Counted from the stretch's first letter, positions 11,812-24,405 are shown. The stretch is 64,000 bases of DNA from Candidatus Omnitrophota bacterium (GCA_020341815.1 CP070837.1:1108575-1172574), one strand, 5' to 3'. A program made the numbers and translations. The notes: a model not told the origin generated them from the letters alone.

Positions 11812-13041
11812 ATGTTCGTTGCCGATTTCCATATCCATTCCAAATACAGCCGGGCCACAAGCAAAGAGATGGAACTAGACCGTCTTGCGCCGTGGGCCAA
11901 GCTCAAAGGCATTTCCCTTTTGGGCACGGGGGATTTTACGCATTATCTATGGCTTCAGGAATTAAAATCAAAGTTGAAGACGGCGGGAGGAGGAATATTT
12001 TCCTATCAGGGGATAAATTTTATCCTCACTGCAGAAGTAAGCAACATCTATTCAAAAAACGGACGGGGCAGGCGTGTGCACAATATTATCTTTGCCCCTG
12101 ACTTTGAGGCGGTGGATAAGATTAACAATGAGCTGGCCGGCTTCGGCAATCTTTCCTCGGACGGACGGCCGATGCTGGGATTGGATTGCGTCTCTCTTGT
12201 AGAGATAGTCAAGGAGGCGCACCCGAAGTGCTTTATCGTGCCTTCACATGCCTGGACGCCCTGGTATAGCGTCTTCGGCTCAAACTCCGGATTTGATAGT
12301 ATTGAGGAGTGTTTTGAGCAATACACTCACGACATATTCGCCATAGAGACCGGTTTATCGTCGGATCCGGCAATGAACTGGCGCCTGAAGAGTTTAGACA
12401 GATTTAGCCTGATAAGCAATTCCGATGCCCACAGCCCTTCCCGCCTGGGCAGAGAAGCAAATGTGTTTGACTGCCCAATGGATTATTATGAAATCCTGGA
12501 TACCTTGAAAAACAAGGATAAAAAGAGATTCCTCTATACAATAGAGTTTTTCCCCGAGGAGGGTAAGTATCATTACGACGGCCACAGGAATTGTAATATC
12601 CTTTATTCTCCCGTTGAAACCAAAAAGAACAATAATATCTGTCCGGTGTGCAAACGTTCATTGACCGTCGGGGTGATGCACAGGGTCGATGTGCTCGCCG
12701 ACAGGCCCGAAGGATTTGTTCTGGAGGGCGCTATTCCCTATAAAAACTTGATTCCTTTGGATGAGATTATCGCCGAGAGCAAAGGGGTAAACAAAACCGC
12801 TCAATCCGTAGAGCAGGAATACCGCCTGTTAACTCAGAAGTTGGGCAGTGAGTTCGATATCTTAAGCAATATTACGGAAGAGGAGCTGCTTAAGGCCTGC
12901 GCTCCCCGCCTGGTGCAGGGCATCTTGAATGTGCGCCGGGGCAAGGTGAAGATTACCCCCGGATACGACGGGGTTTACGGAAAGATAGAAATATTCGGCG
13001 AAGAAGATAAGAAGCCGGAAGAACAGATGACCTTCTTTTAA
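11812..13041 (+). CDS. PHP-domain nuclease, endonuclease-Q-like (PHP + C-terminal zinc finger)
   Basis: N-terminal FHIHSKYSRATS PHP metal-binding start, HAWTPW, SDAH and a C-terminal NICPVCKRSLTVGVMHRVD zinc finger. The ~410-aa architecture matches the EndoQ family. Confidence 0.5.
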   Translation: MFVADFHIHSKYSRATSKEMELDRLAPWAKLKGISLLGTGDFTHYLWLQELKSKLKTAGGGIFSYQGINFILTAEVSNIYSKNGRGRRVHNIIFAPDFEAVDKINNELAGFGNLSSDGRPMLGLDCVSLVEIVKEAHPKCFIVPSHAWTPWYSVFGSNSGFDSIEECFEQYTHDIFAIETGLSSDPAMNWRLKSLDRFSLISNSDAHSPSRLGREANVFDCPMDYYEILDTLKNKDKKRFLYTIEFFPEEGKYHYDGHRNCNILYSPVETKKNNNICPVCKRSLTVGVMHRVDVLADRPEGFVLEGAIPYKNLIPLDEIIAESKGVNKTAQSVEQEYRLLTQKLGSEFDILSNITEEELLKACAPRLVQGILNVRRGKVKITPGYDGVYGKIEIFGEEDKKPEEQMTFF

Positions 13042-13042
13042 G

Positions 13043-13528
13043 ATGAATATCGCAATAGTCTATTATTCTTATAGCGGCAACACCCATAAGGCCGCAGGAG
13101 TTCTGGAAGAAATCCTGAAAGAGCGCGGCAATTCCGTAAGGCGCCTGAGGCTTGAGGCCTCCGGTGAATCCAGGAACTTCTTTGTTCAGGTCGTGCGCAG
13201 CCTGTTCAGGAGAAAAGCGGAAACCGCTCCTATAGAGAGAGATTTTTCCGGGTACGATTTGGTGATTTTCGCCACGCCTGTATGGGCCAGGGAAATGGTT
13301 CCGGCAATGCGGGAGTTTTTAGGGAAGATCGAAGGATTAAGCGGCAAAAAGGCCATAACCTTTGTTACCTACGGCAGCGGATTCGGCAAGGAGCATTGCC
13401 TGGATTCTCTGGAGAGCGTCCTGCAACAAAAGGGTGCAGCTTGCCTGGGGAGGTTTTCCATTAGCCAGGATAAGGTAGGCGACAAAGCACTAATCGAAGA
13501 TTCACTTAATAAAATTATGCGCCTGTAG
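13043..13528 (+). CDS. Flavodoxin-family protein
   Basis: MNIAIVYYSYSGNTHKAA is the flavodoxin FMN-binding signature. Confidence 0.7.
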   Translation: MNIAIVYYSYSGNTHKAAGVLEEILKERGNSVRRLRLEASGESRNFFVQVVRSLFRRKAETAPIERDFSGYDLVIFATPVWAREMVPAMREFLGKIEGLSGKKAITFVTYGSGFGKEHCLDSLESVLQQKGAACLGRFSISQDKVGDKALIEDSLNKIMRL

Positions 13529-13594
13529 CTCAGTTGGATAGAGCACCGGCCTCCGGAGCCGGGTGGATGGGTTCGAGTCCCCTCAGGCGCGCCA
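13519..13594 (+). tRNA. tRNA-Arg (anticodon CCG)
   Basis: Cloverleaf folds by eye: acceptor gcgcctg/caggcgc, anticodon loop cuCCGga, T-loop gttcgag, 3' CCA encoded. It overlaps the flavodoxin stop. Confidence 0.85.
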
Positions 13595-13725
13595 GATTAT
13601 ATTCTTTCGAGGGGACGAGAGGGGAGCGAACGCCGACCAAGGGGAGGAAAAACGAGCACCACGATAGTGGTGCGAAGTGACAGTGAGCGGGTGGCCGACC
13701 TTTTTCGACGATAGGAGAAAAAGGC

Positions 13726-13747
13726 GCCGAGTTCCCTCAGGCGCGCT
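13726..13747 (+). repeat. Direct repeat of tRNA-Arg 3' end (gagtTccctcaggcgcgc), att-like scar
   Basis: 19/20 nt identical to tRNA positions 13575-13594, located 135 bp downstream. Confidence 0.5.
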
Positions 13748-13767
13748 GTATAATCCAAGGAGTGTTA

Positions 13768-14211
13768 ATGAACATAGCGGTAATCGGCGGGCATAGCTGT
13801 TCAAAAGATATGGCTAGGATTGCTGAGGAAATAGGTAAGGCAATCGCTCAATTGGGCGCTACCTTAATCTCCGGGGGATTAACAGGCGTAATGGAGGCCT
13901 CCTGCAAAGGAGCAAAGTCCGCCGGGGGAAAGACTATCGGGATTTTGCCCGGACATGACAAAGCCGAGGCCAATCCTTATGTGGATATCCCCATTGTTAC
14001 GGGCTTAGGCTATATGCGCAATAACCTGGTGGTAAAGAACGCCGATATTATCATTGCTATCGACGGCAAAGAGGGTACGCTTTCGGAAATAGCCTTTGCC
14101 CTGCAGATGAAAAAGCCGGTCTTGGGTATCGATAGCTGGAATATCCCCGGCGTAATTAAGGTGAAGGATGCCCCTTCAGTAATTGACTGGATAAAAAAGA
14201 GGAGAAAATAG
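13768..14211 (+). CDS. LOG/TIGR00725-family Rossmann-fold nucleotide-binding protein
   Basis: ISGGLTGVMEA and IAIDGKEGTLSEIAFAL resemble the LOG/SLOG GGxGxM...PGGxGTxEE motifs. The ORF track starts at GTG 13762, but ATG 13768 has a better RBS. Confidence 0.5.
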   Translation: MNIAVIGGHSCSKDMARIAEEIGKAIAQLGATLISGGLTGVMEASCKGAKSAGGKTIGILPGHDKAEANPYVDIPIVTGLGYMRNNLVVKNADIIIAIDGKEGTLSEIAFALQMKKPVLGIDSWNIPGVIKVKDAPSVIDWIKKRRK

Positions 14212-14212
14212 A

Positions 14213-15022
14213 TTGCCGGAATTACCCGAAGTTGAAACTATCCGACGGGATTTAATCAGAGATGTTAAGGGCAAAAAAGTCAAAGATGTAGAAATCTTAA
14301 ATCCCCGGGTGATTAAGGAGCCCTCTCCGTCAGAGTTTAAGAGGCGTATTAAAGGCAGCTCTTTTCGTGATTTCTTACGCCGGGCAAAGGTTTTGGCTAT
14401 TAAGCTTTCCAGCGGCGATTATCTGGTCGTGCATTTGCGCATGACGGGGCAGCTGGTATATTCCGCAAAAAAAGAAGAAAAGGCGCGGGTAATTTTTGAT
14501 TTGTCCGGCGGCAAATATTTAAGCTTTAACGACCAGCGCCTGTTTGCCGAGCTGCGTTTAGTTCGCGACTGGCAGAAAATGAAGTTTGTAAAGGGATTGG
14601 GCCCCGAGCCCTTAGAGAAAAGCTTTACCGCTGGCAAGTTCGGGGACATATTGAAGAATAAAAAGACCAAAATCAAACCGCTTTTAATGGATCAGACCTT
14701 TATCGCCGGGATTGGTAATCTCTATGCCCAGGAGGCGCTATTTCAGGCGGGTATTTCACCGGGGCGCGCGGCCAATAAATTAAATGATGCAGAAGTTAAG
14801 AAACTATACACCGCCATTCAGAAAGTCCTGCACGATGCCATTCGGTATCACGGCTCATCCGTCGATGAATATGTAAACGGCCGGGGCGAAAAAGGGGAAT
14901 ATCATTTGCGTCTTAAGGTCTATGGCCGAGAGGGTAAGCCTTGCTCAAGATGTAAGAGCAAAATAAAGAAGGTTAGTATGGGTGGCAGGGGAACCTGCTT
15001 TTGTCCAAAATGTCAAAAATAA
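14213..15022 (+). CDS. mutM: Formamidopyrimidine-DNA glycosylase
   Basis: N-terminal MPELPEVE catalytic proline, H2TH region and a C-terminal CxxC...CxxC zinc finger. Confidence 0.9.
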   Translation: MPELPEVETIRRDLIRDVKGKKVKDVEILNPRVIKEPSPSEFKRRIKGSSFRDFLRRAKVLAIKLSSGDYLVVHLRMTGQLVYSAKKEEKARVIFDLSGGKYLSFNDQRLFAELRLVRDWQKMKFVKGLGPEPLEKSFTAGKFGDILKNKKTKIKPLLMDQTFIAGIGNLYAQEALFQAGISPGRAANKLNDAEVKKLYTAIQKVLHDAIRYHGSSVDEYVNGRGEKGEYHLRLKVYGREGKPCSRCKSKIKKVSMGGRGTCFCPKCQK

Positions 15023-15807
15023 TTCAGGGAAAGTTTAAGATAGTATCCAACAAAAAAGCAGGCTGCGATTATTATAAAATGACAATTTCGGCTCGGGAAG
15101 TTGTTAAGGCAGCCTCTCCCGGTCAATTTGTACACCTGCGTTGTATAGAGGGTAATCAACCTTTGTTGAGGCGCCCTTTCAGCTTTCACCGCCTCAATAG
15201 TGATAATTTTGAAATCCTCTATGAGGTTGTCGGCCAGGGCACGCGCCTTTTGACAAAAAGAAAAAAGGGTGAAAAAATAGATGTTTTGGGCCCCTTAGGC
15301 AACGGCTTTGATGTAAAAGGGGCGAATATAATTTTAGTCGCCGGTGGCATGGGTGTTGCCCCCCTTTTTGCCCTGGCAGAACATATAGTTCACAGTTCAC
15401 AGTTCATAGTTCATAGTAAAAAGAAAAAACTATACGTGTTAATTGGCGCAAGAAAGAAGAACCATATTCTTTGCGAAAGAGATTTTAGAAGATTAGGGAC
15501 AGAGGTTTTGGTTTCTACCGAAGACGGCTCTAAAGGTAGGAGAGGTCTAATTACAGATTCTTTGAAGTCTTTACTATCGACTATCGACTATCGACTATCG
15601 ACTATTTACGCCTGCGGCCCCAAAGAGATGCTTAAGGAATTGAGCAATATAAGCGCCCGTTTTAATATATCCGCTTACGGCTCTTTGGAGGAGAATATGG
15701 CCTGCGGCGTGGGCGCTTGTTTAGGTTGCGCCGTAGAAACAAAGCGGGGATATGAGCGCATCTGCAAAGAGGGGCCGGTGTTTAATCTTAAGGATATTAA
15801 ATGGTAA
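15001..15807 (+). CDS. pyrK: Dihydroorotate dehydrogenase electron-transfer subunit
   Basis: FAD/NAD-binding fold and a C-terminal CGVGACLGCAV 2Fe-2S cluster. Sits immediately upstream of pyrD. Confidence 0.8.
   Translation: MSKMSKIIQGKFKIVSNKKAGCDYYKMTISAREVVKAASPGQFVHLRCIEGNQPLLRRPFSFHRLNSDNFEILYEVVGQGTRLLTKRKKGEKIDVLGPLGNGFDVKGANIILVAGGMGVAPLFALAEHIVHSSQFIVHSKKKKLYVLIGARKKNHILCERDFRRLGTEVLVSTEDGSKGRRGLITDSLKSLLSTIDYRLSTIYACGPKEMLKELSNISARFNISAYGSLEENMACGVGACLGCAVETKRGYERICKEGPVFNLKDIKW
15387..15417 (+). repeat. Heptanucleotide tandem repeat (agttcac/agttcat)x4 inside pyrK
   Basis: Seen directly. Encodes VHSSQFIVHS. Confidence 0.8.
15574..15608 (+). repeat. Heptanucleotide tandem repeat (ctatcga)x4+ inside pyrK
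   Basis: Seen directly. Encodes LSTIDYRLSTIY. Confidence 0.8.
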
Positions 15808-16721
15808 AGAAAAAAACTAAAAGCCGTCTTTCGGTCTCAATTGGAAAATTAAAGCTGAAGAATCCAGTACTCGTAGCCTCGGGCACATTCGGCTACGGCC
15901 AGGAATATAAAGACTTAGTTCCCCTTAAAAAATTAGGCGGCATAATCACCAAGACTATTACCCTTAAGCCGCGCAAAGGAAATCCTCCTCCGCGCATTGC
16001 CGAGACCTATTTAGGCATGATTAATGCTATCGGCCTGGAAAACCCGGGCCTGGAGGTATTTCTCAAGGAGAAATTGCCCTTTCTGCAAAAACTCGGTATC
16101 CCTGTAATTGTCAGTATCGCCGCAGAAACCCCTGAGGAGTTTTCCGAGATGGCTGAGCGATTAAGTAAAGTAAAATCTGTTTCCGCCCTGGAATTAAATA
16201 TCTCCTGCCCGAACCTGGGTAAAAAGGGGTTGATTTCCCAAGATGCAGAAGCTACTTACGAGATAGTTCGCGCGGTAAAAAAGGCAGCGGGATTAACCAT
16301 AATTACCAAGTTGTCCCCGAACGTAACCGATATTACCGAGATTGCCCGTGCAGCAGAGGAGGCAGGGAGCGATTGCTTGTCTTTAGTAAATACATTTTTT
16401 GCCATGGCCGTGGATATAAAAACACGAAAGCCAAAATTGGCCAATGTCACCGGCGGATTAAGCGGGCCGGCGATAAAGCCGCAGGCCCTCTGGATGGTCC
16501 GAGAGGTGTATCAGGCAGTAAGTATACCTCTTATCGGTATGGGCGGGATTATGAATGCTCGCGACGCCTTGGAGTTTATTATCTGCGGGGCGAATGCCAT
16601 AGCAGTTGGCACAGGCAATTTTGTCAATCCCCGCGCCGGCATAGAGATTGTTGAGGGTATCGAAAGATACCTGAAGGAAAACAAAATCAAAAACATTAAG
16701 GAGCTGATGGGAAAATTATGA
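15801..16721 (+). CDS. pyrD: Dihydroorotate dehydrogenase catalytic subunit (class 1B)
   Basis: NPVLVASGTFGYG and a TIM-barrel FMN signature. Confidence 0.9.
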   Translation: MVKKKTKSRLSVSIGKLKLKNPVLVASGTFGYGQEYKDLVPLKKLGGIITKTITLKPRKGNPPPRIAETYLGMINAIGLENPGLEVFLKEKLPFLQKLGIPVIVSIAAETPEEFSEMAERLSKVKSVSALELNISCPNLGKKGLISQDAEATYEIVRAVKKAAGLTIITKLSPNVTDITEIARAAEEAGSDCLSLVNTFFAMAVDIKTRKPKLANVTGGLSGPAIKPQALWMVREVYQAVSIPLIGMGGIMNARDALEFIICGANAIAVGTGNFVNPRAGIEIVEGIERYLKENKIKNIKELMGKL

Positions 16722-17422
16722 GCGCTAAATTAATCGTTGCCTTAGATGCCGATGAGTTAAAGGCCGCGGAAGAATTGGTGGATGTGCTTATCTCAAAAGT
16801 AAAAATCTTTAAGGTGGGCAGCCAGCTCTTTACTGCCGCAGGACCTGAAGTTTTAGAGATGATTCGGCAAAAGGGGGCTGAGGTATTTCTGGATTTAAAG
16901 TTTCACGATATCCCCAATACCGTTGCCCGCGCCGTAGAGGCCGCCTGCCGACATAATCCGCTTTTGCTTACCGTGCATACCTTAGGCGCCAGCCGGATGT
17001 TGGCTGCGGCTGTTGAGGGACGTAACAAGGCAGGTACTGAGACAAAGATATTAGGCGTGACCATCCTTACCAGTATGGACAAGGGCCAGCTGGAGGAAAT
17101 AGGCCTATCCGCCAGTGTAAATGAAGAAGTATTGTGTCTGGCCAATATGGCTAAAGGAGTAGGATTAGATGGGGTTGTGGCCTCGCCTCAAGAGGTGGGA
17201 ATTCTGCGCCAGGCTACAGGAGAAGACTTTATTATCGCCACTCCGGGGGTGCGCCCGGTGAGGCCCTTACAGGATGACCAGAGACGGACAATGCAGGCAA
17301 AGGAGGCGGTTTTAGCCGGGGCTAATTATCTGGTAGTGGGCCGGCCGATTACTCAAAATGCCGACCCTCTTGCCGCCGCAGAAAAAATGATAGAGGAGAT
17401 AGAAGATGCCTCAGGTGCTTAA
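16718..17422 (+). CDS. pyrF: Orotidine 5'-phosphate decarboxylase
   Basis: LIVALD...FKVG...DLKFHDIPNTV motifs. Confidence 0.9.
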   Translation: MSAKLIVALDADELKAAEELVDVLISKVKIFKVGSQLFTAAGPEVLEMIRQKGAEVFLDLKFHDIPNTVARAVEAACRHNPLLLTVHTLGASRMLAAAVEGRNKAGTETKILGVTILTSMDKGQLEEIGLSASVNEEVLCLANMAKGVGLDGVVASPQEVGILRQATGEDFIIATPGVRPVRPLQDDQRRTMQAKEAVLAGANYLVVGRPITQNADPLAAAEKMIEEIEDASGA

Positions 17423-17966
17423 GATATTTAAAGATGCCGGTGCACTTTTAGAGGGGCATTTTCTCCTTTCCAGTGGCCTGCACAGCAGGCAGTATCTGCA
17501 GTGTGCCAGGGTATTGGAAAATCCGCAAATTACAGCCAGGCTTTGCGAGCAATTGGCCCGGGGCTTTAAAAAAGATAAAATCAGCGCTGTTATCGGCCCG
17601 GCAATGGGCGGGATTATCCTGGCCTATGAGCTGGCCCGCGCCTTGGGCGCGCGCGCCCTTTTTGCCGAAAGAGAATCGGGGAAGATGCGTCTTAGGCGGG
17701 GATTTTCGCTTTCCCCCAAAGATAATGTCTTAATCTGCGAAGATGTAATTACGACGGGTGGCTCGGTTAGTGAAGTGATTGAGGCAGTAAAAGCCACGGG
17801 TGCTGAGATAAGGGCTGTTTGTTCCCTGGCCGATAGAAGCCGGGATAAAATAGACTTTGGCGTGAGATTGGTGAGCCTGATTAAATTGGAGTTCGAAACT
17901 TACCGCTCCGATGAGTGCCCGCTTTGCAAACAAAAAATAGCATTAACAAAGCCCGGCAGCCGATAA
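17406..17966 (+). CDS. pyrE: Orotate phosphoribosyltransferase
   Basis: GHFLLSSGLHS... and the PRPP-binding motif VLICEDVITTGGS. Confidence 0.9.
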   Translation: MPQVLKIFKDAGALLEGHFLLSSGLHSRQYLQCARVLENPQITARLCEQLARGFKKDKISAVIGPAMGGIILAYELARALGARALFAERESGKMRLRRGFSLSPKDNVLICEDVITTGGSVSEVIEAVKATGAEIRAVCSLADRSRDKIDFGVRLVSLIKLEFETYRSDECPLCKQKIALTKPGSR

Positions 17967-17967
17967 T

Positions 17968-18216
17968 ATGAAAAAAGAAATTTTTAGCAATCTGCAGTTA
18001 ATTAGCGAATTAGGCCTGGCCATAGCCATCCCGGTAATTATTGCGGTTTTAGTCGGAGCGTATCTGGACAGAAAATTTGCCTTATCGGGCATATTCACTT
18101 TGATTTTTCTTATTTTCGGCCTCGGCGGCGGATTCCTGGGGGCTTATCGCCTGATTAAAAAGGCGGCGCAGGCGGGTAATAAGGATGCAGAGATTAAAGA
18201 GAAGAATAACAATTGA
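17968..18216 (+). CDS. atpZ: AtpZ/AtpI-family small membrane protein (ATP synthase protein I-like)
   Basis: 82 aa, two TM helices, located at the head of the atp operon. Confidence 0.6.
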   Translation: MKKEIFSNLQLISELGLAIAIPVIIAVLVGAYLDRKFALSGIFTLIFLIFGLGGGFLGAYRLIKKAAQAGNKDAEIKEKNNN

Positions 18217-18550
18217 GACCCTGATTTTGGCGGGTATTTTGAGCTTTCTATTTCTGGCCTGGGGCAGAGCTATTATAGCTTTGGGAATTTCGATCGGTGT
18301 TTTTACGGGGATAGGGTGCTTTAGGCTTTTAGCTAAGCATATTTCCGCAAGCGCCTCCCGCAACTTACAGAAAATTAAAGCTTATTTTTTTCTCAAATAT
18401 TTAACCAGATATGCTATAATGGGAACAATTCTTTTTTTGTGCGCAAAGTTTAGCTTAAAACTTTTTTTAGGCGTCTCGGCGGGATTGTTACTTATTCCGA
18501 TTGCAGTTTTTAAAACCACATATAAAGAATGCAAAACCCAGGTCAAATAA
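18185..18550 (+). CDS. atpI: ATP synthase subunit I
   Basis: 121-aa multi-TM protein between atpZ and atpB. Confidence 0.5.
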   Translation: MQRLKRRITIETLILAGILSFLFLAWGRAIIALGISIGVFTGIGCFRLLAKHISASASRNLQKIKAYFFLKYLTRYAIMGTILFLCAKFSLKLFLGVSAGLLLIPIAVFKTTYKECKTQVK

Positions 18551-19236
18551 TTACCAGAACAGTCGGTATTCCCGGAACGGATTTTTCTCTCGGCTTTAAT
18601 CCGCAGACCGTAATAATGAGCTGGTGGGTAATTTCGGCTATTATTTTGCTTATCTTTATTCTAACCAGGCCCTTAAAGCTCCTTCCCGGACGGCGTCAGG
18701 TCGTTATGGAAGCTTTAATTGCCTGGTTTGACGGGATGGCAAAAGAGGCTCTGGGTAAAGACGGGCGCGCCTTTTTGCCGCTGATTTTGACCTTGTTTCT
18801 GTTTGTCCTTATCTCTAATTGGTGTTCGGTTGTTCCCGGACTCACCTCCCCGACCCGTGATTTGAATACCTGCCTGGGCCTGGGCCTTCTGGTGTTTTTC
18901 ACCAGCCATATCTGGAGCATCAGAATAAACGGCCTGCGCCGATATCTTGCCCGGTATTTTCAGCCCTACTGGTTTATGTTTCCTTCAAATATCTTTTCCG
19001 AAATCGGCAAGCTTCTTTCGCATTCATTTCGTCTTTTTGGTAATATTTTTGCCGGCGGGATAATTATCGCCGTTATTCCGTTAATCTTAGTTCAGCTTTT
19101 TAAGACTTTAGGTATTCCTTTAGGTGTTTTAACAATGCCTGTGGTTAAGGCCTTCTTTGGTTTGTTTATCGGCGGCATTCAGGCTTTTGTCTTTTCTATG
19201 CTGGCGTTGACATATATTGCAGTGTTAAAAGAATAA
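18529..19236 (+). CDS. atpB: F0F1 ATP synthase subunit a
   Basis: Conserved LSHSFRLFGNIFAGG with the essential Arg. Confidence 0.9.
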   Translation: MQNPGQIITRTVGIPGTDFSLGFNPQTVIMSWWVISAIILLIFILTRPLKLLPGRRQVVMEALIAWFDGMAKEALGKDGRAFLPLILTLFLFVLISNWCSVVPGLTSPTRDLNTCLGLGLLVFFTSHIWSIRINGLRRYLARYFQPYWFMFPSNIFSEIGKLLSHSFRLFGNIFAGGIIIAVIPLILVQLFKTLGIPLGVLTMPVVKAFFGLFIGGIQAFVFSMLALTYIAVLKE

Positions 19237-19563
<327 letters not shown>

Positions 19564-19569
19564 TTAAAA

Positions 19570-20043
19570 ATGAACTTAAACGCTACGTTAATTATCGAAG
19601 TCTTAAGTTTTTTAATTTTACTGGGACTTTTAGTTAAGTTCCTCTATCGGCCTGTATTAGGCGTACTGGATAAAAGAGCCGATGAGATTAGGCAGAAAAA
19701 TCGCCAAATCCAGGAGAGTCTCTCTCGGGCAGAAGACCAGCGTCTTAAGGCCGAGGAAATTCTGGCAGAATCTAAAAATGAGGCTTTACAGATAAGAGAG
19801 AGAATAAGTCTTGACGCCGAAGAGTTGCGCCATAAGATTATAAACCAAGCCAAGGAAGAGGCGGATAAAGTTTTGAGCTCCTGCCGTGAAGAGATTTTCA
19901 GGGAAACGCAGAAGCTGAAAGAAAAGATTAAAGATGAGGCGGTGGATTTATCAATTAAAGCAGCCGAGCAGATTCTGCGTCGGGAGTTTTCTCCTAAAGA
20001 CCAGAAGCGCCTGATCGAAGAGCTGACCGAGGATATAAAGTGA
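19570..20043 (+). CDS. atpF: F0F1 ATP synthase subunit b
   Basis: N-terminal TM helix followed by a long charged helix. Confidence 0.85.
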   Translation: MNLNATLIIEVLSFLILLGLLVKFLYRPVLGVLDKRADEIRQKNRQIQESLSRAEDQRLKAEEILAESKNEALQIRERISLDAEELRHKIINQAKEEADKVLSSCREEIFRETQKLKEKIKDEAVDLSIKAAEQILRREFSPKDQKRLIEELTEDIK

Positions 20044-20582
20044 GAGAGACGGTTTTAGCGGAAAAATATGCCAAGGCCTTAATCGCCTGTGCTCAAGAGG
20101 CAAATATAATTGACCAGCTGGAGGTGGAGCTTGTAATGTTTGAGGGCATCCTCACCAAGCAAACATCCTTACAGGAGCTCCTGCGCAGCCCCCTCGTTCC
20201 TCTCAGAGAAAAAACAGGGCTTTTGCAAACCATATTTAAATCACAATGGATATCGTCTGAATTAAAAGGCTTTTTGCTGCTTTTGTTAGAGGCAGGGCGC
20301 TTTAATCTATTTAGCCAGATTTATCAGATTTATAAAGATTTGATTTATTCCCTGCGCAGAAGATTAAAGGTTATTGCGGAGAGCGCTTTTCATTTAAGTA
20401 CAAATCAGAAAAGCGTGCTTAAACAAAAGCTCGCCCGGATTTATCGAAGAAAGATTGACCTTCTTGAGCGCTTAAACCCTGAGCTTGTCGGGGGCGCGCG
20501 CATTTATGTCGGCCACACACGCTTCGATAGCACACTCCAGAGGCAGCTTGCGCTGTTAGGGGCTCAGATGAAGGGGGCTTGA
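20040..20582 (+). CDS. atpH: F0F1 ATP synthase subunit delta (OSCP)
   Basis: Its position and YAKALI start fit the OSCP family. Confidence 0.8.
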   Translation: MRETVLAEKYAKALIACAQEANIIDQLEVELVMFEGILTKQTSLQELLRSPLVPLREKTGLLQTIFKSQWISSELKGFLLLLLEAGRFNLFSQIYQIYKDLIYSLRRRLKVIAESAFHLSTNQKSVLKQKLARIYRRKIDLLERLNPELVGGARIYVGHTRFDSTLQRQLALLGAQMKGA

Positions 20583-20610
20583 CCAAAAAAGGGAGTCAGA
20601 CACTTTTGAT

Positions 20611-22125
20611 ATGGAAAAAATAAAACCGGAAGAAATAAGCGCTATTATTGCCCGAAGAATAAAATCTTTTAAAGAAAAGCTGGACATTGCCGAAGTAGGC
20701 GAGGTTGTAGAAGTGGGCGACGGGATTGCCAAAATCTACGGCCTGCGCCGGGCAATGGCCTCGGAAATTGTAGAGTTTCCTCATAAGATTTTCGGGCTGA
20801 TTTTGAATCTGGAGGAGGAGATCGTTGCCGCAGCTATTTTCGGCCCTACGGAAAGGATTAAAGAGGGCGACCAGGTAAGATTGACCGGCGAAATCCTGCG
20901 TGTGCCCACAGGCGAGGCCTTAATCGGGCGGGTGGTTAATGCACTGGGTGAGCCCCTGGACGAAAAAGGCAAAATCCAGACCGTAAAGACCCGCCCCATA
21001 GAGCGGATTGCCCCCGGAGTAGTCAAGCGCGAGCCCGTAAAAAAACCTCTGCAGACCGGGATTAAGGCTATTGACGCGATGATTCCTATCGGACGCGGGC
21101 AGAGAGAGCTGATTATCGGTGACAGGCAAACCGGTAAGACCGCAATTGCTCTGGATGCGATAATTAACCAGAAAGGCAAGGACATTATTTGTATTTATGT
21201 GGCTATTGGCCAGAAAAATTCTTCCGTTGCCAGTATCGTAAAAACCCTGCAAGATTACGGGGCAATGGATTACACTATTGTAGTATCCGCCTCCGCCAGC
21301 GAGCCGGCGCCGATGCAATACATCGCCCCTTACAGCGCCTGTGCAATGGGAGAGGAGTTTATGGAGGCAGGAAAGGACGCCCTGGTAATTTACGACGATT
21401 TAACCAAACACGCCGCCGTGTATCGGCAATTATCTTTACTTTTGCGCCGCCCGCCGGGAAGAGAGGCTTTTCCCGGAGACATATTTTATACCCACTCGCG
21501 GCTTTTAGAGCGGGCAGCGAAATTAAGCCAGGCCCAAGGGGGCGGTTCCTTAACGGCCATACCGATTATTGAAACCCAGGCAGGTGACGTAACCACCTAT
21601 ATCCCCACTAATGTCATTTCTATCACCGACGGACAGATTTATCTGGAAAGCGGACTTTTCTTTCAGGGGATACGGCCGGCGATTAATGTGGGACTTTCCG
21701 TCTCCCGCGTAGGCGGGGCAGCCCAGATTAAGGCAATGCGTCAGGTAGCCGGCACTTTACGATTGGATTTGGCTCAATTCAGAGAACTGGAAATCTTTGC
21801 CCAATTCGGCACGGAATTGGATAAAGCCACCGTTGCCCAGCTTGAGCGGGGCAGGCGATTAGTCGAATTGCTTAAGCAGCCGCGCTACCGGCCTCTGGAT
21901 ATAGGCCTGCAGGTTGCCGTAATCTTTGCGGCGGCGAACGGCTATTTAGACAGCGTGGCGATTTCGGATATCGGCAGATTTAAAGAAGAGCTGATAGGTT
22001 ATTTAGAAAAAGAAAAAAAAGACATAGTCAGAGACATCGAGTTTCAGGGTGAGCTGACAGAAAAGATAAAGCAGTCTCTGGCAAAAGCAATAGAAGAGTT
22101 TAAGGGGCGCTTTATCGCCTCTTGA
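20611..22125 (+). CDS. atpA: F0F1 ATP synthase subunit alpha
   Basis: P-loop [12 protein letters not shown]. 504 aa. Confidence 0.95.
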   Translation: MEKIKPEEISAIIARRIKSFKEKLDIAEVGEVVEVGDGIAKIYGLRRAMASEIVEFPHKIFGLILNLEEEIVAAAIFGPTERIKEGDQVRLTGEILRVPTGEALIGRVVNALGEPLDEKGKIQTVKTRPIERIAPGVVKREPVKKPLQTGIKAIDAMIPIGRGQRELIIGDRQTGKTAIALDAIINQKGKDIICIYVAIGQKNSSVASIVKTLQDYGAMDYTIVVSASASEPAPMQYIAPYSACAMGEEFMEAGKDALVIYDDLTKHAAVYRQLSLLLRRPPGREAFPGDIFYTHSRLLERAAKLSQAQGGGSLTAIPIIETQAGDVTTYIPTNVISITDGQIYLESGLFFQGIRPAINVGLSVSRVGGAAQIKAMRQVAGTLRLDLAQFRELEIFAQFGTELDKATVAQLERGRRLVELLKQPRYRPLDIGLQVAVIFAAANGYLDSVAISDIGRFKEELIGYLEKEKKDIVRDIEFQGELTEKIKQSLAKAIEEFKGRFIAS

Positions 22126-22142
22126 ATATAGTGGCCTGCGAG

Positions 22143-24397
<2,255 letters not shown>

Positions 24398-24405
24398 ATA
24401 CGGTA

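Noticed and set aside
20781-21318. Minus-strand ORFs (134 and 132 aa) inside atpA
   Set aside because: Antisense to the conserved alpha subunit, with no RBS or start context.
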